From an uncultured virus (IMG/VR IMGVR_UViG_3300005611_000005) (taxonomy: Duplodnaviria > Heunggongvirae > Uroviricota > Caudoviricetes), in the IMG/VR virus record IMGVR_UViG_3300005611_000005: DNA of 52,050 nucleotides. One strand, written 5' to 3'. The notes under the pieces are model-generated. The model was given only the letters and a program-made list of their open reading frames with translations. It was not told the origin of the DNA and ran no database searches. Numbering within the stretch: the first letter of the stretch is position 1; every line of letters starts with the position of its first letter. The position numbers and the translations under genes were made by a program. Shown here piece after piece: positions 38,658 through 47,964 of the stretch.

Positions 38658-39260
38658 ATGACACACAACATTATCAAAACCGAAAACTATCTGCTTGTTG
38701 TAGATGATTCAGAGATTAAAGAAGGTGATTACCGAGTAAACATTCAAAGAGGTTATGTAAAATTAGTTGATGATGCACCCGAATACTATAACCAAAGAAA
38801 CGATGTTTTTAAGAAGGTGATTGCTCACCTACCACTCAACAACTCGCCAATCCTTGAAGGTGTGGACTTGTTGCCACCACTTGAACAAGAAGATGATGTT
38901 GAGAAGTTGGCTTTATATTGGTATAACAAAAGCGGAAAATTAAGCCCAAAAATTACCGAAATTACTGCCTTTAAAAGCGGTTACAACAAAGCCAAAGAGA
39001 AGTACAAGTACACAGAGGAAGATTTGAGAAAGGCTTGGAATGCGGCATATATTGATGCTATGTCAATAGATGAAGAAACCTATAAACCTTTATTCTTTGA
39101 AGATTTTATCCAATCCCTCTCACAACCAAAGATGCCTATTGGGTTTGAGTGTCAAACATTCGATACAGGTGATGATAAATTAGACGGTACACATGTATTA
39201 GGAATAAGAACAACCACCAACCCCCAAGGTCAAACTGTGTGGGTAGGTAAATACATTTAG
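38658..39260 (+). CDS. hypothetical phage protein
   Basis: ATG 38658; DSEIKEGD and YTEEDL modules. Confidence 0.7.
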   Translation: MTHNIIKTENYLLVVDDSEIKEGDYRVNIQRGYVKLVDDAPEYYNQRNDVFKKVIAHLPLNNSPILEGVDLLPPLEQEDDVEKLALYWYNKSGKLSPKITEITAFKSGYNKAKEKYKYTEEDLRKAWNAAYIDAMSIDEETYKPLFFEDFIQSLSQPKMPIGFECQTFDTGDDKLDGTHVLGIRTTTNPQGQTVWVGKYI

Positions 39261-39276
39261 GCTTAAATAAACAATC

Positions 39277-39489
39277 ATGAACAAGATAGCAGAATTACAT
39301 TTGGAAGCTTTTACTTATACAGAGTATAGCCCTGAAGACAAAGTCCCTAATTTTATTGGCTTTGCAGAAGCATCAGCAGAGATAACTCAAGAGATAGCTA
39401 TTGAGTTTGCACAATGGATGTATGATTACAAAGGAGATATTAATAAAGTTGGAGAACTATTTCAAGAATTTCTAAAAACAAAACAATGA
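39277..39489 (+). CDS. hypothetical protein
   Basis: Packed ORF. Confidence 0.6.
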   Translation: MNKIAELHLEAFTYTEYSPEDKVPNFIGFAEASAEITQEIAIEFAQWMYDYKGDINKVGELFQEFLKTKQ

Positions 39490-39899
39490 TAGAAAAAGAA
39501 TTTGTAAAATACGAAGAAGCATTAGCACTTAAAGAACTTGGGTTTGATGAACCTTGTTTTGGTAGTTGGGAAACCGAGTATGCTAAAGTACCAACATATA
39601 CTCATTCCTGTAGTCAATTTTATAAAAACTCTAACCACCCAAAGGGTAAAGTTACAGCACCAACATTCTCACAAGCATTCAGATGGTTTAGTGAGAAATA
39701 TAAACTACAAACATATATCGATTTCTACCATTCGGATAGTTATTTTTACAAGATAAAATCACAGGATGGAAGGAACATTGGAAATATAGGAAATATTATA
39801 TTACAAGGTACTTCTGTTTTTACAAGAACCTACGAAGAAACAGAACTTGCTTGTCTTAACAAACTAATTCAAATTGTAAAAGGAAAGAAAAATGGATAA
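39486..39899 (+). CDS. ALALKELGFDEPC family protein
   Basis: Paralogue of 39892 and 45372. Confidence 0.7.
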   Translation: MIEKEFVKYEEALALKELGFDEPCFGSWETEYAKVPTYTHSCSQFYKNSNHPKGKVTAPTFSQAFRWFSEKYKLQTYIDFYHSDSYFYKIKSQDGRNIGNIGNIILQGTSVFTRTYEETELACLNKLIQIVKGKKNG

Positions 39900-40173
39900 A
39901 GAATTTGTACCTTACGAACAAGCATTAGCACTAAAAGAACTTGGGTTTGATGAACCTTGTTTAAAATACTGGAATGGTATTGGAAAATATTTTGACCAAA
40001 AAGATTGGTTTAATTGGAATCAATCTGAAAAATTTGTTTCTATCCCACTATACCAACAAGCATTTAGATGGTTATATCAGAAATTAGGTATTGAAAAAAG
40101 TGTAATGCCTTTAGATATTGAATCTCAACAGTTATTGTTAGATGAATTACTTGAACAATTTAAAAAGAAATAA
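39892..40173 (+). CDS. ALALKELGFDEPC family protein
   Basis: Paralogue of 39486 and 45372. Confidence 0.7.
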   Translation: MDKEFVPYEQALALKELGFDEPCLKYWNGIGKYFDQKDWFNWNQSEKFVSIPLYQQAFRWLYQKLGIEKSVMPLDIESQQLLLDELLEQFKKK

Positions 40174-40174
40174 T

Positions 40175-40414
40175 ATGAAACAAACAGCAGTAGAGTGGTT
40201 GTATAATCATCTATTCCCTAAACAATTAGATGGCTTTAGTAATGATGAGTGGGATAAAATAGATAAAGCATTTGAACAAGCCAAAGCAATGGAAAAGGAG
40301 CAGATAATTGATGCTTTTGCAGTATGTTGGATAGCTAATGTTCCCATTGGCATAGAATGTAAATTAGATGCCGAACAATACTACAACGAAACCTTTAAAA
40401 CCAAAGAGAAATGA
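40175..40414 (+). CDS. TAVEWL...AKEMEKEQ family protein
   Basis: ATG 40175; paralogue family. Confidence 0.7.
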   Translation: MKQTAVEWLYNHLFPKQLDGFSNDEWDKIDKAFEQAKAMEKEQIIDAFAVCWIANVPIGIECKLDAEQYYNETFKTKEK

Positions 40415-40536
40415 AAAAATTTTTAAATTGGTACAAAGAAGAAGCTCCAGTACTAGCTATTTCAAATAAGATGATATTCTGGTTTGTTTTTGGGGCATTT
40501 ACAGCTATTATTATTAAAATTATCCAGAGCTTATGA
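40411..40536 (+). CDS. small membrane protein (not in ORF track)
   Basis: 41-aa ORF with ATGA overlaps at both ends. Confidence 0.55.
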   Translation: MKKFLNWYKEEAPVLAISNKMIFWFVFGAFTAIIIKIIQSL

Positions 40537-40787
40537 AAACACCATTAAATAGACTTCTTGACACTCTTGAAGGAGGGTATATAATAGGAGATGTTAAGCC
40601 TAGTGTTCTTGCTAAGTTTATAAAATCTGAGTTGCTTGAATACGAAAAGAAAGTTATTATGGATGCTTTCCAAGAAGGGAAACACGATGGCTGGCAAAAC
40701 CACAAACTAAAACTAAATGATAAAGAGTATCAGTGGACAGACCCAGCTTTATATTACAATAAAACCTTTAACAATGATGAGAAATGA
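40533..40787 (+). CDS. divergent TAVEWL-family protein
   Basis: EK..IMDAF..G and YYNKTF ending. Confidence 0.65.
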   Translation: MKTPLNRLLDTLEGGYIIGDVKPSVLAKFIKSELLEYEKKVIMDAFQEGKHDGWQNHKLKLNDKEYQWTDPALYYNKTFNNDEK

Positions 40788-41083
40788 AACAAGAAGAACT
40801 TTACAAACTAGCTTCTGATTTATGGATTCAAACTTTTGAACAAGATAAAATTGACCAAGAATCAGATTTTAAATTTAGTACAGACGACAGAATGTTTTGG
40901 ATTAATGGTTTTATGAAAGCCGCTAATTTGTTTGGCGATATAGATAATTTACCTAGTCCTCAACAGTTAGAAGAAAAAGGGCAATTGATGGGCGAAATGT
41001 TTAATAAATTATTTTATAGCCAAAAAAACTTAAACCCAGAATATGGTCAAATCATTTCAGATAATTTTGACGATTTAACATGA
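40784..41083 (+). CDS. hypothetical protein
   Basis: Coupled ORF. Confidence 0.6.
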   Translation: MKQEELYKLASDLWIQTFEQDKIDQESDFKFSTDDRMFWINGFMKAANLFGDIDNLPSPQQLEEKGQLMGEMFNKLFYSQKNLNPEYGQIISDNFDDLT

Positions 41084-41244
41084 ACAACCAACAGCAGCCT
41101 AAAATAATTTTTACCACCAAAGAAGGAAATGGATTAAACGATATGAATAATGCATTTCAGAACTTTGAAAAGATATGCAATCATTATGGCTTTACAGTCC
41201 AAGATATTAAAATTGTTAAAAAGCAAGAAGATGAAACAAAGTAG
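41080..41244 (+). CDS. hypothetical protein (not in ORF track)
   Basis: 54-aa ORF MNNQQQPKIIF..., ATGA overlap. Confidence 0.55.
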   Translation: MNNQQQPKIIFTTKEGNGLNDMNNAFQNFEKICNHYGFTVQDIKIVKKQEDETK

Positions 41245-41443
41245 TATTGATTTCCTAGAAGATTGCTATGAAGCCGGTGGGGCAGACCAGTTTATATGCT
41301 ATACAGAATGGCCCCTAGCAAGACAATTACATAAACAAGAGATCATGGAAGCATTTTATGAAGGAATGAGATGTCAAAATTTTGACCCTAATATGGGTAG
41401 AGCAGAGCTATACTACAACGAAACCTTTAACACCAAACCATGA
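41231..41443 (+). CDS. TAVEWL-family protein variant
   Basis: ATG 41231 (MKQSSIDFL); EGMRCQNFDPN.GRAE.YYNETF. Confidence 0.65.
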   Translation: MKQSSIDFLEDCYEAGGADQFICYTEWPLARQLHKQEIMEAFYEGMRCQNFDPNMGRAELYYNETFNTKP

Positions 41444-41679
41444 ACAACAACAACCAACAAACGGCGGTAGAGTGGCTATACCACAATTTATTTCCAAAAC
41501 AATTAGATGGATTTAGCGAAGAAGAATGGAGTAAAATTGATAAAGCATTTAACCAAGCCAAAGAACTTGAAAAGAAACATATTATTGATGCACACTTAAC
41601 AGGACTTATATACCCATTAGAAATGGAAGCTACTAAGCAAGCAGAACAATACTACAACGAAACCTTTAAATCGGAATAA
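41440..41679 (+). CDS. TAVEWL family protein
   Basis: Paralogue family. Confidence 0.7.
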   Translation: MNNNNQQTAVEWLYHNLFPKQLDGFSEEEWSKIDKAFNQAKELEKKHIIDAHLTGLIYPLEMEATKQAEQYYNETFKSE

Positions 41680-41680
41680 A

Positions 41681-41899
41681 ATGAAAACAGCACTAGAATG
41701 GTTGGAGGATACACTATACCCTTATTTGAATAAAGAAGATAAGGAATATACAGATGTTCTATTTAACAAAGCCAAAGAAATGGAGAAGGAACAGACGATT
41801 GACTTTGCATTTAATGCATTAAAAATAGCAGATAATACAATGAATGGATATGTTGATGTTGATAAACTATACGAACAAAAATACGTAGGTAACAAATGA
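41681..41899 (+). CDS. TAVEWL family protein
   Basis: TALEWL...AKEMEKEQ. Confidence 0.7.
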   Translation: MKTALEWLEDTLYPYLNKEDKEYTDVLFNKAKEMEKEQTIDFAFNALKIADNTMNGYVDVDKLYEQKYVGNK

Positions 41900-42105
41900 G
41901 CAACAAACAACAAACAGCAGTTGAGTGGTTAATGGACAGACTGCCCCACTCAATAGAAACACAATTTTCAAAACAAATTGAACAAGCCAAAGAAATGGAG
42001 AAGGAGCAGATAATCGACACCTTCGTAGAGGGTATGCGCTGCCAGAACTTCGACCCAAACAAAGGGCGTGCGGAGATATACTATAACGAAACCTTTAACA
42101 AATAA
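41896..42105 (+). CDS. TAVEWL family protein
   Basis: Paralogue family. Confidence 0.7.
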   Translation: MSNKQQTAVEWLMDRLPHSIETQFSKQIEQAKEMEKEQIIDTFVEGMRCQNFDPNKGRAEIYYNETFNK

Positions 42106-42108
42106 CTT

Positions 42109-42414
42109 ATGAAAACAATTGCAGAACAACTAAACGTAACAGAGTTTCCTTTTCGTATTTGGGATTCTAAAGGTAGGATTATTTACTTTGAAGAGTCAGA
42201 TAAGCGTTGGGCTAAATATGAGCATGACTCCCAAGGTAATGTAATCTATCTTGAAAATTCAAATGGCTATTGGTCAAAACGTGAATATGATACTAATAAT
42301 AAAGAAATCTACTATGAAAATTCAGATGGTATAATACTAGACAATAGGCCTAAACCTTGTGAAGATAAAGTAGTAGAAATTGATGGAGTTAAATATAAAC
42401 TAGTAAAACTATGA
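42109..42414 (+). CDS. beta-hairpin repeat protein
   Basis: Three D..G..IY.E.S.G repeats. Confidence 0.7.
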   Translation: MKTIAEQLNVTEFPFRIWDSKGRIIYFEESDKRWAKYEHDSQGNVIYLENSNGYWSKREYDTNNKEIYYENSDGIILDNRPKPCEDKVVEIDGVKYKLVKL

Positions 42415-43040
42415 ATAGCAAATTTGAGTTAAAAGACAACAGACCTTTAAAAGTTAAGGTGTTAGATTTCTTAGAATCTCTTTTATTTTGGAAAGGTAGA
42501 AGAAAGGGTATTACTCATACCAAGGATATTACCTTGGATGATTTGAGATCAGTATTTTTCCCTAAATCTTTTCACGAAAAGTATAGGTATTTAGGTGCTA
42601 TACCATGGAATGAAGATGGTAAGATATTTAAAGCTATGGAGCCACTAGTAATCTTCATGGATTACAGAGCTAGGCCTAAATGGTGTCCAAGATGGTTTTT
42701 GAGGTTCTTACATTTGTTTGGCAATGATAATTCTATTGTTAGAGTTAGAAACATGAAATTACATAATCTTCATCGTAAGCTAACAAAAGGTATTATGATA
42801 TATGATTACAAAACTAAATGGGAATGGTATGATTTACGTATTAGCATTGCTGGGGATAAGCAAATGTCTGATTTAGCAGATGATATTCAAGACATGTATT
42901 ATACAAGAGGTCAAAGAGAAGACCTACTTGAGAAGATTTATAAATACAATCCTGCTTTTGATAAACCATATTGGACAAACAAAGAGTTAGCTAAATATCT
43001 CGATGACCTTATAGATAAAAAAGAAGAAAATGAAAACTAA
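42411..43040 (+). CDS. hypothetical protein
   Basis: 209-aa coupled ORF. Confidence 0.7.
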   Translation: MNSKFELKDNRPLKVKVLDFLESLLFWKGRRKGITHTKDITLDDLRSVFFPKSFHEKYRYLGAIPWNEDGKIFKAMEPLVIFMDYRARPKWCPRWFLRFLHLFGNDNSIVRVRNMKLHNLHRKLTKGIMIYDYKTKWEWYDLRISIAGDKQMSDLADDIQDMYYTRGQREDLLEKIYKYNPAFDKPYWTNKELAKYLDDLIDKKEENEN

Positions 43041-43578
43041 AATTATTGGAATTGCAGGACTAGCAGGCTCAGGAAAAGATACTGTAGGTGAGGCTATACA
43101 AGCGTTTGGTAAACTTGAAAAAGAGAATTGGGAAATTAAAAAGTTCGCAGGTACATTAAAACAAATAGCCTCGCTACTAACTGGTCTAAAACCTGAAGTA
43201 TTTGAGTCTCAAGAACACAAGAGCAAGAACTTAGGCAAAGAATGGGGTCATATGACTATCCGAGAAATGCTACAGAGGATAGGTACAGAAGCAATGCGAG
43301 ACAATCTTCATCCCAATGTTTGGGTTAATGCTCTATTCTCTGATTACGATCATAATAACAGATGGATCATCACTGATTTGAGATTTCCAAACGAACTACA
43401 AGCTATCCGAGATCATAATGGGATGTTAATTAAAGTAGTAAGGCCTGGGGTTGTTGGGATGAATCACTATTCAGAAACAGCCTTAGATAATTTTAATAAG
43501 TGGGATCATATCATCCATAATGATGGTACTCGGTATGATCTAGTACAAAAAGTAAGACAGATATACTATGAAAACTAG
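43030..43578 (+). CDS. deoxynucleoside monophosphate kinase (T4 gp1-like)
   Basis: GLAGSGKDT, FA..LK, RE.LQ..GTE, D.RF.NE, H.SE. Confidence 0.88.
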   Translation: MKTKIIGIAGLAGSGKDTVGEAIQAFGKLEKENWEIKKFAGTLKQIASLLTGLKPEVFESQEHKSKNLGKEWGHMTIREMLQRIGTEAMRDNLHPNVWVNALFSDYDHNNRWIITDLRFPNELQAIRDHNGMLIKVVRPGVVGMNHYSETALDNFNKWDHIIHNDGTRYDLVQKVRQIYYEN

Positions 43579-43828
43579 AATTTATTTATTTTTAACTGCC
43601 TTAATACAGGTTATGTTGGTATCAATGAATGTTATATTTATCACATACCATCATGTGTTAGCTATGACCTTAACAGGGTTTTCAATATCATTAATATGGA
43701 CATTTAATGTTAAAAAAGTAGCCTTTGGTTCTACAGTTGATCGAATTATATACGCTTCAGGTGCAGCCTCTGGAACTTTACTAGGTTATTTTATTTCTAG
43801 AAATTTTATCGAAATTTATTTAAATTAA
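43568..43828 (+). CDS. small membrane protein
   Basis: Three hydrophobic segments; YA.GA..GT..G. Confidence 0.7.
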   Translation: MKTRIYLFLTALIQVMLVSMNVIFITYHHVLAMTLTGFSISLIWTFNVKKVAFGSTVDRIIYASGAASGTLLGYFISRNFIEIYLN

Positions 43829-43860
43829 TTTGGTTCTTTGTACTATTTTACTTATCTTTA
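43829..43860 (+). promoter_or_regulatory. Bacteroidota sigma-A-type (early) promoter
   Basis: TTTG-N20-TATCTTTA. Confidence 0.75.
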
Positions 43861-43887
43861 GATATAGAAATTAAATAAATATCTAAT

Positions 43888-44067
43888 ATGAACATCAAGA
43901 AAGTAGAACGAGTAATTGAATTGCAACGTAAAGCAAACTATCAAATTGAGTATTTTGGCGAAGCTGATCACGGTACTGTGGATGAAATGATTGAGTTAGC
44001 AGACAGCTTAACACCAGAAGAAGAAGATGCAGTGTTAGAATTGTATTACCAAGTAGATAGTTTCTAA
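43888..44067 (+). CDS. hypothetical acidic protein (not in ORF track)
   Basis: 59-aa ORF MNIKKVERVIELQ... behind promoter. Confidence 0.65.
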   Translation: MNIKKVERVIELQRKANYQIEYFGEADHGTVDEMIELADSLTPEEEDAVLELYYQVDSF

Positions 44068-44079
44068 ACAATAAAAGTT

Positions 44080-44508
44080 ATGACACAAGAAATAAAACCA
44101 ACATACGTCACCCGTGAACAAGCTAACCGGCTTAAAGAGAAAGAATTTGATTTACCTACTTATGCTTATTATAGTGGGTTAAACTTTTATACAGGAGAGT
44201 ATAAAAATCATTCTCAAACTACAATTGGTGATACTCCAATGCATAAAATGTTAATTGGATACACTTCTGCACCTGAACAATGGCAAGTTGTTGAATGGTT
44301 AAGAGTTAATCATGGTATTTGGGTTCAGGGACCATTTCCTATAAATAACGGTAAATGGGAATGGGTGATTTTTTTATTAAATGAACCTTTAGAAAATACA
44401 GATGGTTATAAAAATATAATGTCGTTGCATACAAAACAACGGCAATTTAATTCACCACAAGAAGCATATTCAGCAGCATTTGATTACGTTTTAAAAGAAT
44501 TAATATGA
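44080..44508 (+). CDS. divergent LKELGFD family protein
   Basis: QA..LKEKEFD, SAP...QVVEWLR. Confidence 0.7.
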   Translation: MTQEIKPTYVTREQANRLKEKEFDLPTYAYYSGLNFYTGEYKNHSQTTIGDTPMHKMLIGYTSAPEQWQVVEWLRVNHGIWVQGPFPINNGKWEWVIFLLNEPLENTDGYKNIMSLHTKQRQFNSPQEAYSAAFDYVLKELI

Positions 44509-44711
44509 AAATATTTGAAAAAAGAGAATATATAGATGGTGGTCCAAATGATAATGGATTTGTTATTGGCTATGTTAAAACTAACAAAAATAAAGAACAA
44601 TTAAGAAAAGAAGTTGGTCATGGTTTTATTAATTTTATTGAAATATCTGAAAGCGAATTTTTAAAGAAAAAAAGAGAAGCTTTTAAAAAATATAAAATGT
44701 TTGATATATGA
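44505..44711 (+). CDS. hypothetical protein
   Basis: Coupled ORF. Confidence 0.6.
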   Translation: MKIFEKREYIDGGPNDNGFVIGYVKTNKNKEQLRKEVGHGFINFIEISESEFLKKKREAFKKYKMFDI

Positions 44712-45112
44712 CACCACAAGAAATACAAGAACGTAATATAGAAATCGCTAAAATGATATGTAAATATGATGAAGAAAGTTTACGTTATATTTTCAAAAAT
44801 AAAATGTGGAATAACTTCACATATGGTGTTAGTGAAAGACATCATCAAGAGCAGTTATGTTTTCATGTAAATTATGATTGGCTTATGGAAGCCGTTGAGT
44901 TTATTGAGAACAAACTTAAACTAGGAACAGTAATATCTAATATGGGTTTTGGTATTAATAATCAATATATTAATATTAATAGAGGTGTTTCTATTGTTGA
45001 TGAAACTATTGATAATCCTTCTAAAATAATGGGTAAATCTTCTACTAAAAAAGAAGCTGTTTTTATAGCTGTATCTGATTTCGCTAAACTTTATAACAAC
45101 AAAGAATTATGA
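44708..45112 (+). CDS. hypothetical phage protein
   Basis: N..IA, F...YDWLM.AVE.IE, EAVF.AV..F. Confidence 0.65.
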   Translation: MTPQEIQERNIEIAKMICKYDEESLRYIFKNKMWNNFTYGVSERHHQEQLCFHVNYDWLMEAVEFIENKLKLGTVISNMGFGINNQYININRGVSIVDETIDNPSKIMGKSSTKKEAVFIAVSDFAKLYNNKEL

Positions 45113-45366
45113 ACGGAATTTATCTAACCCAAGAGGGTAAACAAGAGATTGAAGCTAAGATAGCTGAACTTGAAAATTATACTTATGCCACTCAAAACAT
45201 TCGGATTGAAGGACAAAATTCAGGTATGTTAGAAATACTTGAAGATATCCTATCATCAGCAACAATACTTCCTGTTGAAGAAAGTTGGGAGTCGGTAAGT
45301 GATTACATAACCTCAATAGAACAAAGTTATTATCCAAACGGAGTAATCATTCAACCTAAACAATAA
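45109..45366 (+). CDS. hypothetical protein
   Basis: Coupled ORF; YLTQEG...E..I.EL faintly GreA-N-like. Confidence 0.6.
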   Translation: MNGIYLTQEGKQEIEAKIAELENYTYATQNIRIEGQNSGMLEILEDILSSATILPVEESWESVSDYITSIEQSYYPNGVIIQPKQ

Positions 45367-45371
45367 AATTT

Positions 45372-45773
45372 ATGAATACAAACTATGAAAAGGACTTTGT
45401 GCCTTACGAACAAGCCTTAGCACTTAAAGAACTTGGTTTTGATGAAAAATGCTTTGGCTATTTTGGAGTTGAAAATGAATTGATGGTAAGTGTAAGTTGG
45501 AATTCTGATTTTAATTTACAAAGACGCAATTTCATTTCTGCACCACTATTCCAACAAGCATTTAGATGGTTTAGGGAGAAGTATAATATTGATGCTTGGG
45601 TACAACCATTTGTATCTGAAAAACGCGGCAAACCATTTTTACCCGATGAATCTTATGCCTATTACATTTTTGAAGATGGTGTGTATGTTGCTGATGGTGT
45701 AAATTTTTTAGATTCAGAAGAAGCAGAACTTGAATGTCTTAAAAAACTAATTGAAATCACTAAAAACAAATAA
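45372..45773 (+). CDS. ALALKELGFDE family protein
   Basis: Paralogue of 39486 and 39892. Confidence 0.7.
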   Translation: MNTNYEKDFVPYEQALALKELGFDEKCFGYFGVENELMVSVSWNSDFNLQRRNFISAPLFQQAFRWFREKYNIDAWVQPFVSEKRGKPFLPDESYAYYIFEDGVYVADGVNFLDSEEAELECLKKLIEITKNK

Positions 45774-45774
45774 T

Positions 45775-45996
45775 ATGATCAAAAAATCACTTAAAGAAGC
45801 ACTTACCTACCTACTAGCATGGATTCCGTCAGCTGTTGGATTAGCCTTTACTGGACTACTAATGTCAAGAGACTTCGATGAAATGCATCTTTCCATACAA
45901 CTACTAGTACTTTTAGCTACAGTTGCTTTTCTTACAAAACCAGCAGCTGATTACTGGTATGATAAAATTAAATCTTTAATGAATAAGGAAGACTGA
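45775..45996 (+). CDS. small membrane protein
   Basis: ATG 45775; two hydrophobic helices. Confidence 0.6.
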   Translation: MIKKSLKEALTYLLAWIPSAVGLAFTGLLMSRDFDEMHLSIQLLVLLATVAFLTKPAADYWYDKIKSLMNKED

Positions 45997-46070
45997 TATG
46001 GATATAATTATAGCACTACTCATCCCTTTTGCTGTAGCAGCAGCTGGATTTATATACAATAAAGTACGCA

Positions 46071-46625
46071 ATGACTAAGGTTTGTAAAATATGTAATAAA
46101 AAGATTCCCATAGGTCGTATTAACATACTTCCGACGACGAGTACTTGTGTTGATTGTTCGTCAGAAACAAAGTACTCTGCTGTTGCAATTATACACCATA
46201 AAACGGGTAATGAAGTTCAAATTGTAAAAAATGCTGATACTGCAAAAGAATTTGTTAGGTTATCAAAGCGCTCTGGATTTGGTACATTGCAAAGTATTTC
46301 CACTACCAAGTCTCGGTCCAGGGCAATAACTCAAACATGTAATACAATTTCTAAATCAGCTGATTTCGAAACATTTAATAAAATAGGAGAAGAAGCGCTA
46401 TTTAAATTTGAACTAAAGGGCTTAGACTATGCCACTAAATATTTAGATTCTAAATTAGCATGCAATATAATTTCAAGACATCAATATACAAAAATATTAC
46501 AATTAATACAAGTTATAACAAAGCAAGACTCTGAATTGACAAATAATAACCGAAAGAATACGTATATACCGGTAACCGAAGCTTCAGACGAAATATTAAA
46601 TATTTTCAAACATTGGAAATTATAA
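46071..46625 (+). CDS. protein with N-terminal DksA/TraR-type C4 zinc finger
   Basis: CKIC...IP.GR...LP....CVDC. Confidence 0.7.
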   Translation: MTKVCKICNKKIPIGRINILPTTSTCVDCSSETKYSAVAIIHHKTGNEVQIVKNADTAKEFVRLSKRSGFGTLQSISTTKSRSRAITQTCNTISKSADFETFNKIGEEALFKFELKGLDYATKYLDSKLACNIISRHQYTKILQLIQVITKQDSELTNNNRKNTYIPVTEASDEILNIFKHWKL

Positions 46626-46657
46626 TTTGGTACTTTGAAAAATTTTTCTTATTTTTA
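46626..46657 (+). promoter_or_regulatory. Bacteroidota sigma-A-type promoter
   Basis: TTTG-N20-TATTTTTA. Confidence 0.65.
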
Positions 46658-46676
46658 TATACAAAATAAATAAAAT

Positions 46677-47018
46677 ATGTACATTATTGACGAATACATT
46701 ACAGCCTTAAAAGAATTTCTGTATAAAAACATTGACGATATAATGTCATATTACAGTATTGAATCTTCTGAGCATGCTCGCGCTGAATTGATAGATATTT
46801 TAGAATTAACTTGCAAGTCAATTTCTATAGACAACTATATGGAACATGGCAATCCTGTTTTAAGTTGCGAACAACTTGATACATGTATACATCTTGCATG
46901 CACTGAGTTTCATTTAAATGAATTGGTTTCTAAAGGTTTGGTGGAATCCAAGTTGGATTTAGATACTGGTCAGTTTGTATATCGAGCCACTGATTTAGGT
47001 AGATCGTTAATTAGTTAA
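46677..47018 (+). CDS. hypothetical protein (C-terminal winged-helix-like segment)
   Basis: L.ELVSKGLVE...Y.AT.LG. Confidence 0.6.
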   Translation: MYIIDEYITALKEFLYKNIDDIMSYYSIESSEHARAELIDILELTCKSISIDNYMEHGNPVLSCEQLDTCIHLACTEFHLNELVSKGLVESKLDLDTGQFVYRATDLGRSLIS

Positions 47019-47019
47019 T

Positions 47020-47316
47020 ATGTCAAATTTAAAATTATTCGGGAATGGTATTCAGCTTACATTTCCAAATCGATATACTATAGTAGTAAAAATCGGCCCA
47101 GGAACTAAGTCGACTCAAACAAATAAAGATGAAAATTTAGTTGCTACATTTTTTGCAAGTAGATTTGGAAATAACTCAGCTATAGATTGTGAAGTTGAAA
47201 TTTTTGATAGTAATAAAAATAACATTACTTCAAAGTTTGGTAGTGAACAAAGTTTAGGCTTTGTTTCTGTTATGGAGCTAGCAGATTTAATTTATCTAGT
47301 ATCCAATTTAAAATAG
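47020..47316 (+). CDS. hypothetical protein (paralogue of 33988)
   Basis: GIQLTFPNRYTIVV.IG...CEVEI. Confidence 0.65.
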   Translation: MSNLKLFGNGIQLTFPNRYTIVVKIGPGTKSTQTNKDENLVATFFASRFGNNSAIDCEVEIFDSNKNNITSKFGSEQSLGFVSVMELADLIYLVSNLK

Positions 47317-47339
47317 TAACCTTTAATCCTTTATATATT

Positions 47340-47549
47340 ATGTATTACATCGCAAGAGTTCAAATTAAATTTGAAGATGACAATGGTAAAGTCAAAAAAC
47401 GTACTGAACAGTATCTAGTGCATGCACTTTCAATTACAGAAGCAGAAGCAGTAGTAACTGAATCGTTTATCTCAGCACCAACGCTGCAGTATGAAATTAA
47501 ATCGATATCAGAATCTAGAATCGTAGAAATTTTACCAGTAAATAATTAA
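47340..47549 (+). CDS. DUF4494-like protein (Bacteroidota family)
   Basis: GKVKK.TE.YLV.ALS.TEAE...I.SI.ES.I.EI. Confidence 0.75.
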   Translation: MYYIARVQIKFEDDNGKVKKRTEQYLVHALSITEAEAVVTESFISAPTLQYEIKSISESRIVEILPVNN

Positions 47550-47554
47550 GTAAT

Positions 47555-47938
47555 ATGGCTAAGAAGAAATTTTCAAATAAACAAATTGTAGTATTCAAGG
47601 CTAACGTGTCTGACCCTTATCGAGTCGGACGTGTAGTAATGAGCAAACCTGTTGGTAAAACTTTCATATATGATGTATTGTGTGAAAATGGTATTACATA
47701 TACTGAACTAACAGTCGACCAACCGAATTTATCAGGAATTGACAGTTATCGAACAAATCTATTTTATCAAAAATATAACATGCATGATTCAATTCCTGGC
47801 TGGCTTGATATTGATGAATCAGATGACGTTGAATCGATTACTGCAATTGATTTGGAAATTTCTGAAGAGTCTAATACAGATCTTAACAAAATTTCAGAAT
47901 TAGATTATGAAGATGATGAATTCGATCCGAATTATTAA
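47555..47938 (+). CDS. hypothetical protein with acidic tail
   Basis: 127-aa ORF. Confidence 0.65.
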   Translation: MAKKKFSNKQIVVFKANVSDPYRVGRVVMSKPVGKTFIYDVLCENGITYTELTVDQPNLSGIDSYRTNLFYQKYNMHDSIPGWLDIDESDDVESITAIDLEISEESNTDLNKISELDYEDDEFDPNY

Positions 47939-47964
47939 GTTTTAATATATTTATTTATTGAAAT

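Noticed and set aside
40175..45773. Diversity-generating retroelement behind the paralogue repeats
   Set aside because: No reverse transcriptase in the window and no repeat pair differing only at adenines was seen
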